From Candidatus Eiseniibacteriota bacterium (GTDB lineage Bacteria; Eisenbacteria; RBG-16-71-46; SZUA-252), in assembly GCA_963703225.1 (NCBI GenBank), contig OY969801.1, forward strand, positions 2,080,001-2,144,000: DNA of 64,000 nt, written 5' to 3'. This document shows, one piece after another, positions 21,018 through 29,925 of this stretch; positions within the stretch are counted from its first letter, which is position 1, and each line of letters starts with the position of its first letter. The translations under genes were made by a program, and so were the position numbers. Below the pieces are notes generated by a model that was not told the origin of the DNA, did no database searches, and saw only the letters and a list, made by a program, of their open reading frames with translations.

Positions 21018-22439
21018 TCAGGCGGCATGGCCCCCGGGGGTGTCGATCCGATACTCCTTCAGCTTGGTGCGGAGCGTCTGGCGGGAGATCCCCAGCGCCT
21101 CGGCCGCGCGCGTCTTGTTGCCGCCCGCCTTCGAGAGGGCCATTTCGATCGCGATCCGCTCGGCCTGCGCGAGGGTGGTGACGCCCCCTTCGGCGTGCAG
21201 ACGGGTTTCCAGAACCCGTGGCCCCGATCCGCCTGTGCTCACGATCTCGACGGGGAGATGCTCGGGGAGGATCCATTCCTCGCTCTCGAGGAGGATCGAG
21301 CGCTCCAGGACGTTTCGGAGCTCGCGGACGTTGCCGGGCCACCGGTAGGCGAGAAGCAGCTGGAGGGCCTCGTCGTTCGGCCCTTTCACGGACCGCCCGA
21401 ACTCGCTGTTCCAGTGATCGACGAAATGGTCGATCAGGGGCGGGATGTCCTCGGGGCGCTCCCGCAGTGGCGGAATGACCAGGCGGATCCCATCGAGGCG
21501 GAAGAAGAGATCCTCGCGGAAGCGCTCCTGATCCACCATCGCCTTCAGATCTCGGTTGGTCGCGGCCACGATGCGCGTGTCGACGTGGATGTCGGCGAGC
21601 CCGCCGACCCGGCGGAACCGCTTCATCTCGAGCGCGCGGAGAAGCTTGGCCTGGAGATTGGGGTGCATGTCCCCGATCTCGTCCAGGAAGAGTGTTCCCC
21701 CGTTGGCCAGCTCCATCAGCCCCTTCTTGGGACGCTTGGCGTCGGTGAAGGCGCCTTGCGCGTGGCCAAAGAGCTCGCTCTCCAGGAGATTCTCCTGGAA
21801 CGTGCTGCAATTCACGTCGACGAACGGACCGTCCCGCCAGGCGCTCTGCTCGTGGATCTCCCTCGCGAGGAGCTCCTTCCCCACGCCGGTCTCTCCCTGA
21901 AGCATGACGGTCGATTTTCCGGCCTGGGCGATCCGCCGAATCATCTCGATGATCTTGATCATCTTGGAGCTGCCGCCGACGATCAGCATCGAGCCCGCGC
22001 GCCGGCGATCCACCTCGCGCAGCCGCGACACCTCCTCCGCGAGGCGGGTCTGGGAAAGCGCGTTCTGGATGATCAGCTTCATGTGGTCGAGCTCGAACGG
22101 CTTGGCCACGTATTCGTAGCAGCCCGCCTTGGCGGCCTCGACCGCCTGCTCGAACTTGCCGAACGCGGTCATGATGACCACCTGCATGTCCCGCCTCTTG
22201 GCCCGGATATCTCGGAGGAGATCGATCCCGTTTCGGTCGGGGAGTTTCTGGTCGAGCAGGACGAGCTGGAATTCGTCGCGCTCCAACTTGTCGAGCGCCT
22301 CCGCTCCGTCGGCCGCCGTCTCCACGCGGTAGCCCTCTTCCGAGAGACCCTCTTTGAGGGTAAAGCGCAGCGTCCGCTCGTCGTCCACCACGAGAATCGC
22401 GAACGTCTGCCTATCGAGGGTTGTTGCGTCTGTCTCCAT
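21018..22439 (-). CDS. Sigma54-dependent NtrC-family response regulator
   Basis: Receiver domain (VVDDE, LLD, KPF), GETGVGKE, ESELFGH, GAFTDA, LFLDEIG, WPGNVREL, Fis-type HTH. Confidence 0.95.
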   Translation of the reverse strand: METDATTLDRQTFAILVVDDERTLRFTLKEGLSEEGYRVETAADGAEALDKLERDEFQLVLLDQKLPDRNGIDLLRDIRAKRRDMQVVIMTAFGKFEQAVEAAKAGCYEYVAKPFELDHMKLIIQNALSQTRLAEEVSRLREVDRRRAGSMLIVGGSSKMIKIIEMIRRIAQAGKSTVMLQGETGVGKELLAREIHEQSAWRDGPFVDVNCSTFQENLLESELFGHAQGAFTDAKRPKKGLMELANGGTLFLDEIGDMHPNLQAKLLRALEMKRFRRVGGLADIHVDTRIVAATNRDLKAMVDQERFREDLFFRLDGIRLVIPPLRERPEDIPPLIDHFVDHWNSEFGRSVKGPNDEALQLLLAYRWPGNVRELRNVLERSILLESEEWILPEHLPVEIVSTGGSGPRVLETRLHAEGGVTTLAQAERIAIEMALSKAGGNKTRAAEALGISRQTLRTKLKEYRIDTPGGHAA

Positions 22440-23610
22440 GTCGTTTCTCCACGGGTAGGTCGATCGTCACGGTCGTCCCCTGTCCCACGACGCTTTCGAT
22501 CGAGATGGTGCCGCCGTGCTCGCGCACGATGCTCTGGCAGATGCTGAGGCCAAGGCCGGTGCCCTGGGTTCGCGTCGTGAAGAACGGATCGAAGACGCGC
22601 GCCAGGACAGCGGCCGGAATCCCAGGACCGTTGTCGCGGATTCGCACTTCCACCACGTCCAAGAGCGGCGCCTGGCGCCGCGGAAGTAGGCGGTCGGTCG
22701 CTCGACGTCCCAAGCCTCCCCGCTCGGCGGCGCGCTTCCGCGCCGGGGAAACCAGGATGGCGATCTCGCCCCCCTGCGTGAGCGCCTGGAGCGCATTCAT
22801 GAGGACGTTGAGCAGGACTTGAAGAATCTGGTCGTGGTCGATGAACAGGTCGGGGACCGAATCGGCCCGTTCCACCTTCAGCAGCACGTTCTGCCGTACG
22901 GCCAGCTCGTGGATCAGCGTGAGAGCCTTCTCCAGAGCCGGAAGGATCGAGTGGCGGGAGAGCCGAGGGGTGGTGGGCCTCGCGAATTGGAGGAGACTGT
23001 CCACGATGCGATCGAGGCGCGACACCTCTTCCAGAATGAGGTCGGCGAACTGGCCCCGCGGGTCCCCGCTCTCGATTCGCCTCTTCAAGATTTGCGCCGA
23101 GGTGCCGATTCCGGCGAGCGGATTCCGGATTTCGTGCGCCACGCCCGCGGCGAGCTCCCCGAGCGAGGCCAGGCGATCCCGCCGGCGCCATTGCTCCTCC
23201 CGGGCCTTCTGGTCTTTCAAGTCCTGGAAGATCGCCACGGTTCCGATCAGGGTACCGTCTCGTCCCTCGAGCGGAAGCAGTCGCAGGCCGACCGGCACCA
23301 CGTCCCCCGCGCGCGTCACGACCTCCACCTCGCGCGCCTCTTCGGGGACGGCGCACGCCCCGGGCTGGACGTGGCCTTCGCCCCGAGGGGCCCGGAAGAC
23401 CCGCGCGGCCGCCTCGCCTTCCACCTCGCTGGTCTCGTACCCGATCAGCTTTGCCGCGGCCGGATTCATGGAAAGGACTCGTCCCTCCCGGTCGACGGCG
23501 ATGACCCCGATGGGGGCGTGTCTGAGAAAGCTTAGGGCCGCGTCGAGGGAGCGAGCGCTGGGTTCCGCGGGAGGCGAAGCGGCTAGGGGGGATTCGGGGC
23601 GCGCTCTCAC
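22411..23610 (-). CDS. Cytoplasmic PAS-domain histidine kinase
   Basis: PAS-like N-terminus, AHEIRNPL, NVLMNA, DNGPGI, FDPFFTT, GTGLGL; no TM segment. Confidence 0.93.
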   Translation of the reverse strand: MRARPESPLAASPPAEPSARSLDAALSFLRHAPIGVIAVDREGRVLSMNPAAAKLIGYETSEVEGEAAARVFRAPRGEGHVQPGACAVPEEAREVEVVTRAGDVVPVGLRLLPLEGRDGTLIGTVAIFQDLKDQKAREEQWRRRDRLASLGELAAGVAHEIRNPLAGIGTSAQILKRRIESGDPRGQFADLILEEVSRLDRIVDSLLQFARPTTPRLSRHSILPALEKALTLIHELAVRQNVLLKVERADSVPDLFIDHDQILQVLLNVLMNALQALTQGGEIAILVSPARKRAAERGGLGRRATDRLLPRRQAPLLDVVEVRIRDNGPGIPAAVLARVFDPFFTTRTQGTGLGLSICQSIVREHGGTISIESVVGQGTTVTIDLPVEKRHGDRRNNPR

Positions 23611-23969
23611 GCGCGGCCCCGGCGCACTGACTTCTTGTCGGCTTCCAAGCCGACGCTCGGGATCATCCCTGTGCCCGTACCCACCCCTTTCTGGCGACCG
23701 GAAGTGGTCACATCTTTACCAGTGGGCGAGTCGGAGGGTCAAGCGGATTCGGCGAGAAACGTCCTCTACCAGCGCGGGGAGCGGCGGCTCTTTGCGGTTC
23801 TTGTGGCTACTTCTGACCGTTTTTACGAACGCGGCGAAGGATCAGGGCCGCGAGCATCCGGCGAACGTCGACCCGATCGTAGAATCGCTCCCCGATGCGG
23901 CGCCGGGCCCTCACGATCCTTGGCTCGTGGGTCGTACCGCCGGATTCGGCGACGACCCCCGTCGACGGC

Positions 23970-24305
23970 TTAGTTGAGGCTGGAGGCACGGCTGCGATCC
24001 CTCCTTAGCGTCGCCATCGCTTCGACCCAGCTTTCCTTCAGGTCCAGAAGCGACTCGAACGCGCCTTCAAAATCGCCCCTCTCGAGATCCCAGAGACAGG
24101 CGTCAAAGTGCGCCAGGACTCGGCCACCCGCATCCTTGCCCTTGGGGTCGAGGCGGCCCATCAGATCGAGCACGGCCTGCTCGGTGACCGTACGATTCTC
24201 CTCGCGGCACCCGCGAAGCGCGCAGTCAAAGAGCGCCAAGACTTCCTCGCCTCGCTCGAGCCACTGGTCGAGATCGCCCGACTCCCCTCCGTGGGGCTGG
24301 TTCAC
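23970..24305 (-). CDS. Short FliS-like helical protein
   Basis: Pattern LFD-x-A...L-x2-L-x3-LD...FD-x-C...L-x2-LKESW-x2-A resembles FliS; lies directly downstream of csrA. Confidence 0.55.
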   Translation of the reverse strand: MNQPHGGESGDLDQWLERGEEVLALFDCALRGCREENRTVTEQAVLDLMGRLDPKGKDAGGRVLAHFDACLWDLERGDFEGAFESLLDLKESWVEAMATLRRDRSRASSLN

Positions 24306-24339
24306 GCGCCGTTTCCCTCCCTGGTTGACGACGCACGCT

Positions 24340-24612
24340 TCAAGGCTTCTTCTCCTCGGCGGGCCCCGGGGGGACCGGAGGTGTCGTGCCGCCGTTGCCG
24401 GCCCCGGGGGCGCCTCCGCCCGATTCCTGCATCAGCTGCGCTCGGCGGTTCTCCTGCTGGATCCGCTCGTAGATCTCCTCGCGATGGACCTTGACGCTCG
24501 GAGGAGCGTCAATGCCGAGCTTTACGTGGTTCCCCTTGACCTCGACGATCGTAATTTTCACGTCGTCTCCAATCCGAATGTTCTCTCCAAGCTTGCGTGT
24601 CAGGAGGAGCAT
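24340..24612 (-). CDS. csrA: Carbon storage regulator CsrA
   Basis: [17 protein letters not shown]...VKLGIDAP...[19 protein letters not shown] upstream of ATG 24612. Confidence 0.96.
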   Translation of the reverse strand: MLLLTRKLGENIRIGDDVKITIVEVKGNHVKLGIDAPPSVKVHREEIYERIQQENRRAQLMQESGGGAPGAGNGGTTPPVPPGPAEEKKP

Positions 24613-24715
24613 CGTGCCCTCGTTCTTCCCAGCTTCCTGCCGGGGCGGTATGGAGCCGAGGACGGAGGCCCGCCGATGGAAGCGGCGCTCGGCCGCCCCG
24701 TCCCATCCGGCTCCA

Positions 24716-24742
24716 AGATCGGCAGGAGCGCGTTTCATCTGA
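24716..24742 (-). promoter_or_regulatory. Sigma28 (FliA/WhiG)-like promoter upstream of csrA
   Basis: TCAG-N15-GCCGATCT versus consensus TAAA-N15-GCCGATAA. Confidence 0.5.
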
Positions 24743-24827
24743 ACCGGGAACGGCGCGAAAGAGGGTATCGAGGGAATTGATTTCGCCCGGGGGTCGGATC
24801 GAGCCACTGTGTTAGATGGCTCCGCCC

Positions 24828-24856
24828 TTGAGGTTGGTCGTGCGGCTTGATAGACT
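24828..24856 (+). promoter_or_regulatory. Sigma70-type promoter
   Basis: TTGAGG-N17-TAGACT, 6 nt before GTG 24863. Confidence 0.55.
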
Positions 24857-24862
24857 TTCTAT

Positions 24863-25852
24863 GTGATGCGGCGCGACGGAGCGCAGTGGGCTTGGAAACC
24901 GGTCCCCCCGCGAGTCGCGCTCGGCGTGCTCGGGGTGCTTGCCGCCGTCTGCCTATCGGCGTGCGACTCGAGTCCCACCGAGCCCCCGCCCGTGGCCAAC
25001 ACCGTCGATTGGATCCGCATCACAAATCCCGCCACCATCATCGAACCCGATCACCCGAATTGGCTGGCCGATTCCATCACGTTCGACTACGTGGACGGGA
25101 CCGGATACAACCATATCGGCACCATCAGCGACGACGGCAGCGGTGCGGTCCTTTACCCCGACGTCGTTCCGTACCGGGACTTCGGTCCCGTCTGGGTGAA
25201 GGATGGCCTCATCATCTATGCCTCGGACAAGGCTGGGCCTCCGCCCGAGAGCTACGATCTCTGGTACCGGGATGTGCCCGCCGGGACGACGCGGCGGTTG
25301 ACCTCCTTCCTCGAGCACGAATGGGACCCCGCTCCGAGGCCGGGGCTTCCATCGCTCGTCTACACGCAAGGCGACGATATGCTGCGGGGTCGGATCACGC
25401 TGATCCCCGATACGTCGGCGGCCACGCTGACGCGCGTCTACCTGACGGCGAGCTCGCTGGCCGCGGGCGAGCCGGGATGGGACAGCGCGGGCAACCGGCT
25501 CTGCATCTCGGTCGAGGACCCGGACGGCACGCGGCACATTTGGGTCATCGAGCTCTCCGGCAGCACCGTCATCTCCTCGACCCGTATCACGACCGGCCCG
25601 TTCCACGACAGGCATCCTCGCTTCAGCCCCGATGGCACCAAGATCCTCTTCGTGTCGGATCGGACCGGAAGGTCCGGCGTGTGGTGGGTGAGCCCGGCGG
25701 GAGATGCGAACGGGCTGGAAGTGATCTCATTCGAAGATCCGGGCGCGGAGATCCGCTCTCCATCCTGGTCTCCCGATGGAAAGCGAATCGTGCTCTCCTC
25801 GGACGGGCGCGGCGGCCGCGCGCTCTGGATCTTGTCGGACCTCGGTTTCTAG
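24863..25852 (+). CDS. TolB-like (PD40 repeat) beta-propeller lipoprotein
   Basis: Lipobox LSAC; PRFSPDGTKILFVSDR, PSWSPDGKRIV. Confidence 0.85.
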   Translation: MMRRDGAQWAWKPVPPRVALGVLGVLAAVCLSACDSSPTEPPPVANTVDWIRITNPATIIEPDHPNWLADSITFDYVDGTGYNHIGTISDDGSGAVLYPDVVPYRDFGPVWVKDGLIIYASDKAGPPPESYDLWYRDVPAGTTRRLTSFLEHEWDPAPRPGLPSLVYTQGDDMLRGRITLIPDTSAATLTRVYLTASSLAAGEPGWDSAGNRLCISVEDPDGTRHIWVIELSGSTVISSTRITTGPFHDRHPRFSPDGTKILFVSDRTGRSGVWWVSPAGDANGLEVISFEDPGAEIRSPSWSPDGKRIVLSSDGRGGRALWILSDLGF

Positions 25853-26670
25853 CGGCGCGGGCCCGCCGGCGCTAGGTCGGGGAGCTTGGCGCGCAGGTCA
25901 CGGATCAAGGCGCGCGCGCCGGCCTCGCGCGATCCGGCGTCGGGAGACCGAAAGATCGCTTCGAGCAGCGCGCTTCCCACGATGATCCCCTCGGCCAAGC
26001 CCCGGAACGGCGCCAAATCGCTATCTCCTCGCATCCCGAATCCGAGGCAGCGAGGGAGCTCCGAGTGGGCCCGGCAGAGGCGCAGCAGCTCGGCGATCTT
26101 TGGATCCGCGCCTCCCTGGCCGGTGACGCCGAGGCGGGCCACGACGTATAGAAACCCGCGGGCCTGGGCCGCGATCCCTGGAATTCGGTCCGGGCGGGTT
26201 GTGGGCGCCACCATGGCGATGGTGTCGAGGCCGGCGCCGTGAAGCATCTGCCAGAGGGCCGGCTCCTCTTCCGGCGGGAGGTCTACCAGAATCACGCCGT
26301 CGATCCCGGCCCGGGCGGCCTCCTCGGCAAATCGCGCCGCGCCGAATCGCACGATCGGGTTTAGATAGGTCATCAGCACGATCGGCGTTTCGTGCCGGGC
26401 GTGAACCCGGCTGGCCTGCTCGAGCACGTGCGCGAGCGTGGTCCCCGCGAGGAGGGAGAGCGCGGTCGCGCGCTGAATGATCGGCCCGTCGGCCAACGGA
26501 TCGCTGAAGGGAACGCCCAGCTCCAGGACGTCGATCCCCTCGTCGCAGAGGGCCAGGGCGAGGCGATCGGACTCCTGGCGGTCGGGGAATCCGGACGTGA
26601 GGAACGGGATCAACGCGCCACGCCCCCCGATTCGTGCCGCTTCGAGCGCGCGGCCGATTCGGCCCGCCAT
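25849..26670 (-). CDS. trpA: Tryptophan synthase alpha chain
   Basis: LELGVPFSDPLADGPIIQRA, LMTYLNP, DLPPEE, GVTG, IVGSAL. Confidence 0.93.
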   Translation of the reverse strand: MAGRIGRALEAARIGGRGALIPFLTSGFPDRQESDRLALALCDEGIDVLELGVPFSDPLADGPIIQRATALSLLAGTTLAHVLEQASRVHARHETPIVLMTYLNPIVRFGAARFAEEAARAGIDGVILVDLPPEEEPALWQMLHGAGLDTIAMVAPTTRPDRIPGIAAQARGFLYVVARLGVTGQGGADPKIAELLRLCRAHSELPRCLGFGMRGDSDLAPFRGLAEGIIVGSALLEAIFRSPDAGSREAGARALIRDLRAKLPDLAPAGPRR

Positions 26671-26672
26671 GA

Positions 26673-27698
26673 TCAGCCGTTCAGGGCCGCGGCCCGGCGG
26701 TAGGCCTCGCGGGCGCGGAGAGGAAGCTCCTTCTTGTCGTAGGCGACGCCCAGGAGCCTGTGGATGCGGGCGTCGTCGGGCTTGAGGCGCGCCGCGCTCT
26801 CGAGGGCGAGGATCGCTTGATCGGCGGCGTCCTGATTGTTGTAAGCCACCGCGAGATGGTAGTAGAGGCGGGCATCGTCCGGCTTCAGCTCGATCGCTTG
26901 CTTCAGCTCGCCCACGGCCCGGGTGTAGTTCCCAACCCGGAGGTGGAGCAGCGAAAGCGCGTAGAGGCTCTCCACGTTCCCGGGATCGAGGCGGACCGCT
27001 TCGAGGAGCAACGATTCCGCCTCCTCGATGTCGTCCTCGGCGAGGAGCGCCCACCCCAGGTTGAAGTGCGCCTCCGAGCTTTCCGGGCTCAGCGCCGCGG
27101 CGCGGCGGAATTCCTCCACCGCCTCGGCGCGCATGCCAGACTCGGCGTAGAGGACGCCGAGATTGGCGTGCGCCTCCGCGCACGAAGCATCGAGCTCGAC
27201 GGCCCGCCTCAGGGCCGCGAGGGCGGCTTCCCGCTCCCCCAGGTCAGCCCGGGCCAGCCCGAGGTTCACCCACCCGCGGACATGGGAGGGATCGAGCCGG
27301 ACGACCTCTTCATAGGAGGCCCGCGCCTTCGGGCCAAGCCCCTGGCGCGCCCAATGGAGTCCCTGCCGGTACCAGGCGTCGATGGCCCGGGGACTCAGCT
27401 CCAATGCTTGACGAAAGTAGAGATCGGCCTCCTCGAACACGCCGGTCCGTGACAGGAGGTCGCCCAAGAGCGAGAGCATATCCACGGAGCGCGGGTGCGC
27501 CAGGATTCCCTTTCTCAGGGTCTCGATGGCCAGCTCGCGCCGCGACTCCCGCGCGAAGGATCGCGCCGCTTCCAGCGTGCTCTCGGCGTCCGTTCCCTCG
27601 CTCGCGAGGGCCCCGGGATGGGCCGCCACGCCCGCGCGCGTCGAATCGACGCCGGAACGAGTGCCTTCGGGAATCTGCATGCGTATCACTCGATCCAC
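26673..27698 (-). CDS. Tetratricopeptide repeat protein
   Basis: About 8 consecutive 34-aa repeats (e.g. AHANLG...A...FRRAAALSP). Confidence 0.9.
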   Translation of the reverse strand: MDRVIRMQIPEGTRSGVDSTRAGVAAHPGALASEGTDAESTLEAARSFARESRRELAIETLRKGILAHPRSVDMLSLLGDLLSRTGVFEEADLYFRQALELSPRAIDAWYRQGLHWARQGLGPKARASYEEVVRLDPSHVRGWVNLGLARADLGEREAALAALRRAVELDASCAEAHANLGVLYAESGMRAEAVEEFRRAAALSPESSEAHFNLGWALLAEDDIEEAESLLLEAVRLDPGNVESLYALSLLHLRVGNYTRAVGELKQAIELKPDDARLYYHLAVAYNNQDAADQAILALESAARLKPDDARIHRLLGVAYDKKELPLRAREAYRRAAALNG

Positions 27699-27704
27699 GC
27701 GCGG

Positions 27705-27734
27705 AGCCTAGGAAGCGGCTTCCGGCGGTGTCAA
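27705..27734 (-). promoter_or_regulatory. Sigma70-type promoter for TPR-trpA
   Basis: TTGACA-N18-TAGGCT, 6 nt before GTG 27698. Confidence 0.65.
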
Positions 27735-27737
27735 CAG

Positions 27738-27764
27738 AAAAGGCCCGATTGGATCGGGCCCTTT
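27738..27764 (-). terminator. Intrinsic terminator after mglA
   Basis: Hairpin GGCCCGAT-CCA-ATCGGGCC followed by TTTTCTGTT on the minus strand. Confidence 0.75.
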
Positions 27765-27809
27765 GTCGATTTTGAGTTGTCTTGGTCCAACGAAACGTCG
27801 GAGCGAGCG

Positions 27810-29105
27810 CTAGTCGGGGATGACCTCCAGATCGCGCATCATCGAGCCACCGCGAACCGGCTGCTTCCCCTTCTTGGCGGACGGGGTGCCCTGCTCCACC
27901 TCGATACGGACCTCGAAAACCACCTTGAGGCGTCCCGAGGGCGGCAGCGATCCCAGCTCGATCGGTATCGTGATCTGACGCGTGTCCGCGGACGGGGACC
28001 GCACCTCGACCCCCGAGCGTCCGCTGTAGGTCGACTCGCGCTCGATCTCGTCCGCGCCGAAGACAGGCTCCGGTCCCGAATCGTGTGAGATCTGGGGCTC
28101 GGGCTGACGGACGATCTGGGGCTCGGGCTGGCGGACGATTTGAGGCTCGGGCTGGCGGACGATTTGCGGCTCCCGGTGGGCGCGTGCCGCGGGCCTCTGC
28201 TCGGGCTCGTGGATCGGCACGAGATCCTCGCTCGTGAGCACCGCGTCGTCCGGCTGCATGCTGGGCGGCGGCGTGAAGGGTCCTGCCGGCTCGTCCAGAA
28301 GAGCCTCGTTCGAGAGCATCGGCGTCTCTTCGACAGGGGCGCGCGACGGCGTCGGCGCCTCCTGTCCCTTGCCCTTCTTGAGGAATTGCATCAGCTTGCC
28401 ACGCCCTGATGCCTGTTCCGCAGATTGGGTCGGGGCCTCCTCGACGGCCGCGGGCTTTTGCTTCGCCTCCTCGGCTTTGACCCGAGGCGACGCGGCAAGG
28501 CTTCCCCGATCGCGATCGATCACGTCCTTCGAAATCTTGGTCAGGAGGAGCTTGGATACTCCCCGCAACGTCTCGAACACGCCGATGCCGGAGGCGGCCT
28601 GCGCCTCGAACGTCGGCACGTTGTATTTGTTCAGCTCCTTGTTCATCTGGGCGATCGCGAGAGCGTTCGGAAGGTCGCGCTTGTTGAATTGGATCACCCA
28701 GGGAATCGTCTTGAGATCGAGACCGTAGGACTTGAGGTTCAATTCCAGATTACCCAGGCTCTCGCGGTTCTCCGCCATCTTCTCGGGCGCGGAGTCGGCC
28801 ACGAAGACCAGCGCGTCGACGCCCTTCAAGACCAGCTTTCGCGTCGCGTTGTAGTAGACCTGGCCGGGCACGGTGTAGAGGAGGAACCGGGTCTTCATGC
28901 CCTGCAGCTCTCCCAGGTCGAGCGGGAGCAGATCAAAGAACAGCGTCCGGTCGGTCTGGGTCTTCATGGAAACCATGCGCCCGCGGTTGGTCTCGGGGAC
29001 GCTGTCGTAGATCTTCTCGAGATTGGTTGTCTTCCCGCTCAGACCGGGGCCGTAGTAGACGATCTTCGCGTTGATCTCGCGTCCCGAATAGCTGACCACG
29101 ACCAT
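27810..29105 (-). CDS. mglA: MglA-family small GTPase with a C-terminal extension of about 235 aa
   Basis: REINAKIVYYGPGLSGKTTNL, DRTLFFD, YTVPGQVYYNATRKLVLKGVD, NKRDLP; GAGGAG RBS before ATG 29105. Confidence 0.9.
   Translation of the reverse strand: MVVVSYSGREINAKIVYYGPGLSGKTTNLEKIYDSVPETNRGRMVSMKTQTDRTLFFDLLPLDLGELQGMKTRFLLYTVPGQVYYNATRKLVLKGVDALVFVADSAPEKMAENRESLGNLELNLKSYGLDLKTIPWVIQFNKRDLPNALAIAQMNKELNKYNVPTFEAQAASGIGVFETLRGVSKLLLTKISKDVIDRDRGSLAASPRVKAEEAKQKPAAVEEAPTQSAEQASGRGKLMQFLKKGKGQEAPTPSRAPVEETPMLSNEALLDEPAGPFTPPPSMQPDDAVLTSEDLVPIHEPEQRPAARAHREPQIVRQPEPQIVRQPEPQIVRQPEPQISHDSGPEPVFGADEIERESTYSGRSGVEVRSPSADTRQITIPIELGSLPPSGRLKVVFEVRIEVEQGTPSAKKGKQPVRGGSMMRDLEVIPD
28089..28172 (-). 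repeat. 3.5 copies of a 24-bp repeat encoding EPQIVRQP
   Basis: Copies differ only at synonymous positions (CCG/CCT/CCC, CAA/CAG, CGC/CGT). Confidence 0.92.
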
Positions 29106-29195
29106 GTCGTCGCTCCTCGATGAATGTGATTTCGAAATCGAGTTTGGCGCGGAAAGCCGAGAGGGAAGGCTCTGCGCCGGCCCGGGCCGATGGTC

Positions 29196-29211
29196 TGCAC
29201 GATATGTGCCA
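29196..29211 (-). promoter_or_regulatory. Sigma54 -24/-12 promoter for mglA
   Basis: TGGCAC-ATATC-GTGCA (GG-N10-GC); IHF-like TAA-N4-TTGCAA at 29248-29260 upstream. Confidence 0.68.
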
Positions 29212-29368
29212 ATAGGCACGACCGGCCGGCCCGGGCGAGGCGAAGGTGGTGCGGCTCTAAGCTATTGCAAATGAGTCAGGTATCGAAAGGCCCCGGAACA
29301 CCTCGCGGGACCAGGGAAGCTGGGAGCGGCCAAATCTTGCGGAGTGCAAAGGGGGAAGCAGATTGCCC

Positions 29369-29785
29369 TTAGCCGACGCGGGGCTCCCGCTTGATCCAGA
29401 TCCCCTGGCGCTCCTTGAGCTGGAGGCTCGGCGCACCCGGCTCGCGGACGCTCTCGTAGTGCCCCAGGAGAAGCTTCTTGAGCTCCGGATACTCCTGAGT
29501 GGGAAAGTACCGGCTCACCCGGCCAAACATTTCGTCCTTTTCCGAGTAACGCAGGAGCGTTACCTCGGTCACGCGCTCGTACTGCTCGTTGCCGTACGCC
29601 GCTTCCGGGTTCTCGTCGACGTCGATCCAGAGTGACGCCACGTTCGACGTTACCTCGAACGAGTGCTTGGTGCGCATGAGGAACTCCCAGAGGCCGAAGA
29701 TCTCGAGCGGGACGTAGCGCACCGTCCCGCCTTTCGGATTCCCGGGTCGTCGGATCTCGCAACGCACAAGCTTCTGGCTCGCCAT
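29369..29785 (-). CDS. Hypothetical protein (138 aa)
   Basis: Globular-looking composition (VRYVPLEIFGLWEFLM...SLWIDV...SRYFP), GC-rich third positions, purine-rich leader before ATG 29785. Confidence 0.8.
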   Translation of the reverse strand: MASQKLVRCEIRRPGNPKGGTVRYVPLEIFGLWEFLMRTKHSFEVTSNVASLWIDVDENPEAAYGNEQYERVTEVTLLRYSEKDEMFGRVSRYFPTQEYPELKKLLLGHYESVREPGAPSLQLKERQGIWIKREPRVG

Positions 29786-29821
29786 CTTTCGCCCCCCGCC
29801 TTCGCCGCGGTAGACCCACCG

Positions 29822-29837
29822 TGGCATGGGTGTTGCA
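29822..29837 (+). promoter_or_regulatory. Sigma54 -24/-12 promoter
   Basis: TGGCAT-GGGTG-TTGCA, near consensus, facing ORF 29926. Confidence 0.72.
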
Positions 29838-29925
29838 GCTACGAATCTAGTGTAGCGCAGACCCGGCCACCCCTCGCTCGGGTCGAACATCACCAACCGC
29901 AGGGCCTGGGCCCGGGAGTTGAGCG

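Noticed and set aside
23740..23969. tRNA, ncRNA or small ORFs (23635..23973, 23807..23989) in this gap
   Set aside because: No cloverleaf, clear RBS or protein-like signal recognised.
28089..28172. 24-bp repeats as a possible CRISPR array
   Set aside because: No spacers, in-frame coding with synonymous variation, and no cas genes.
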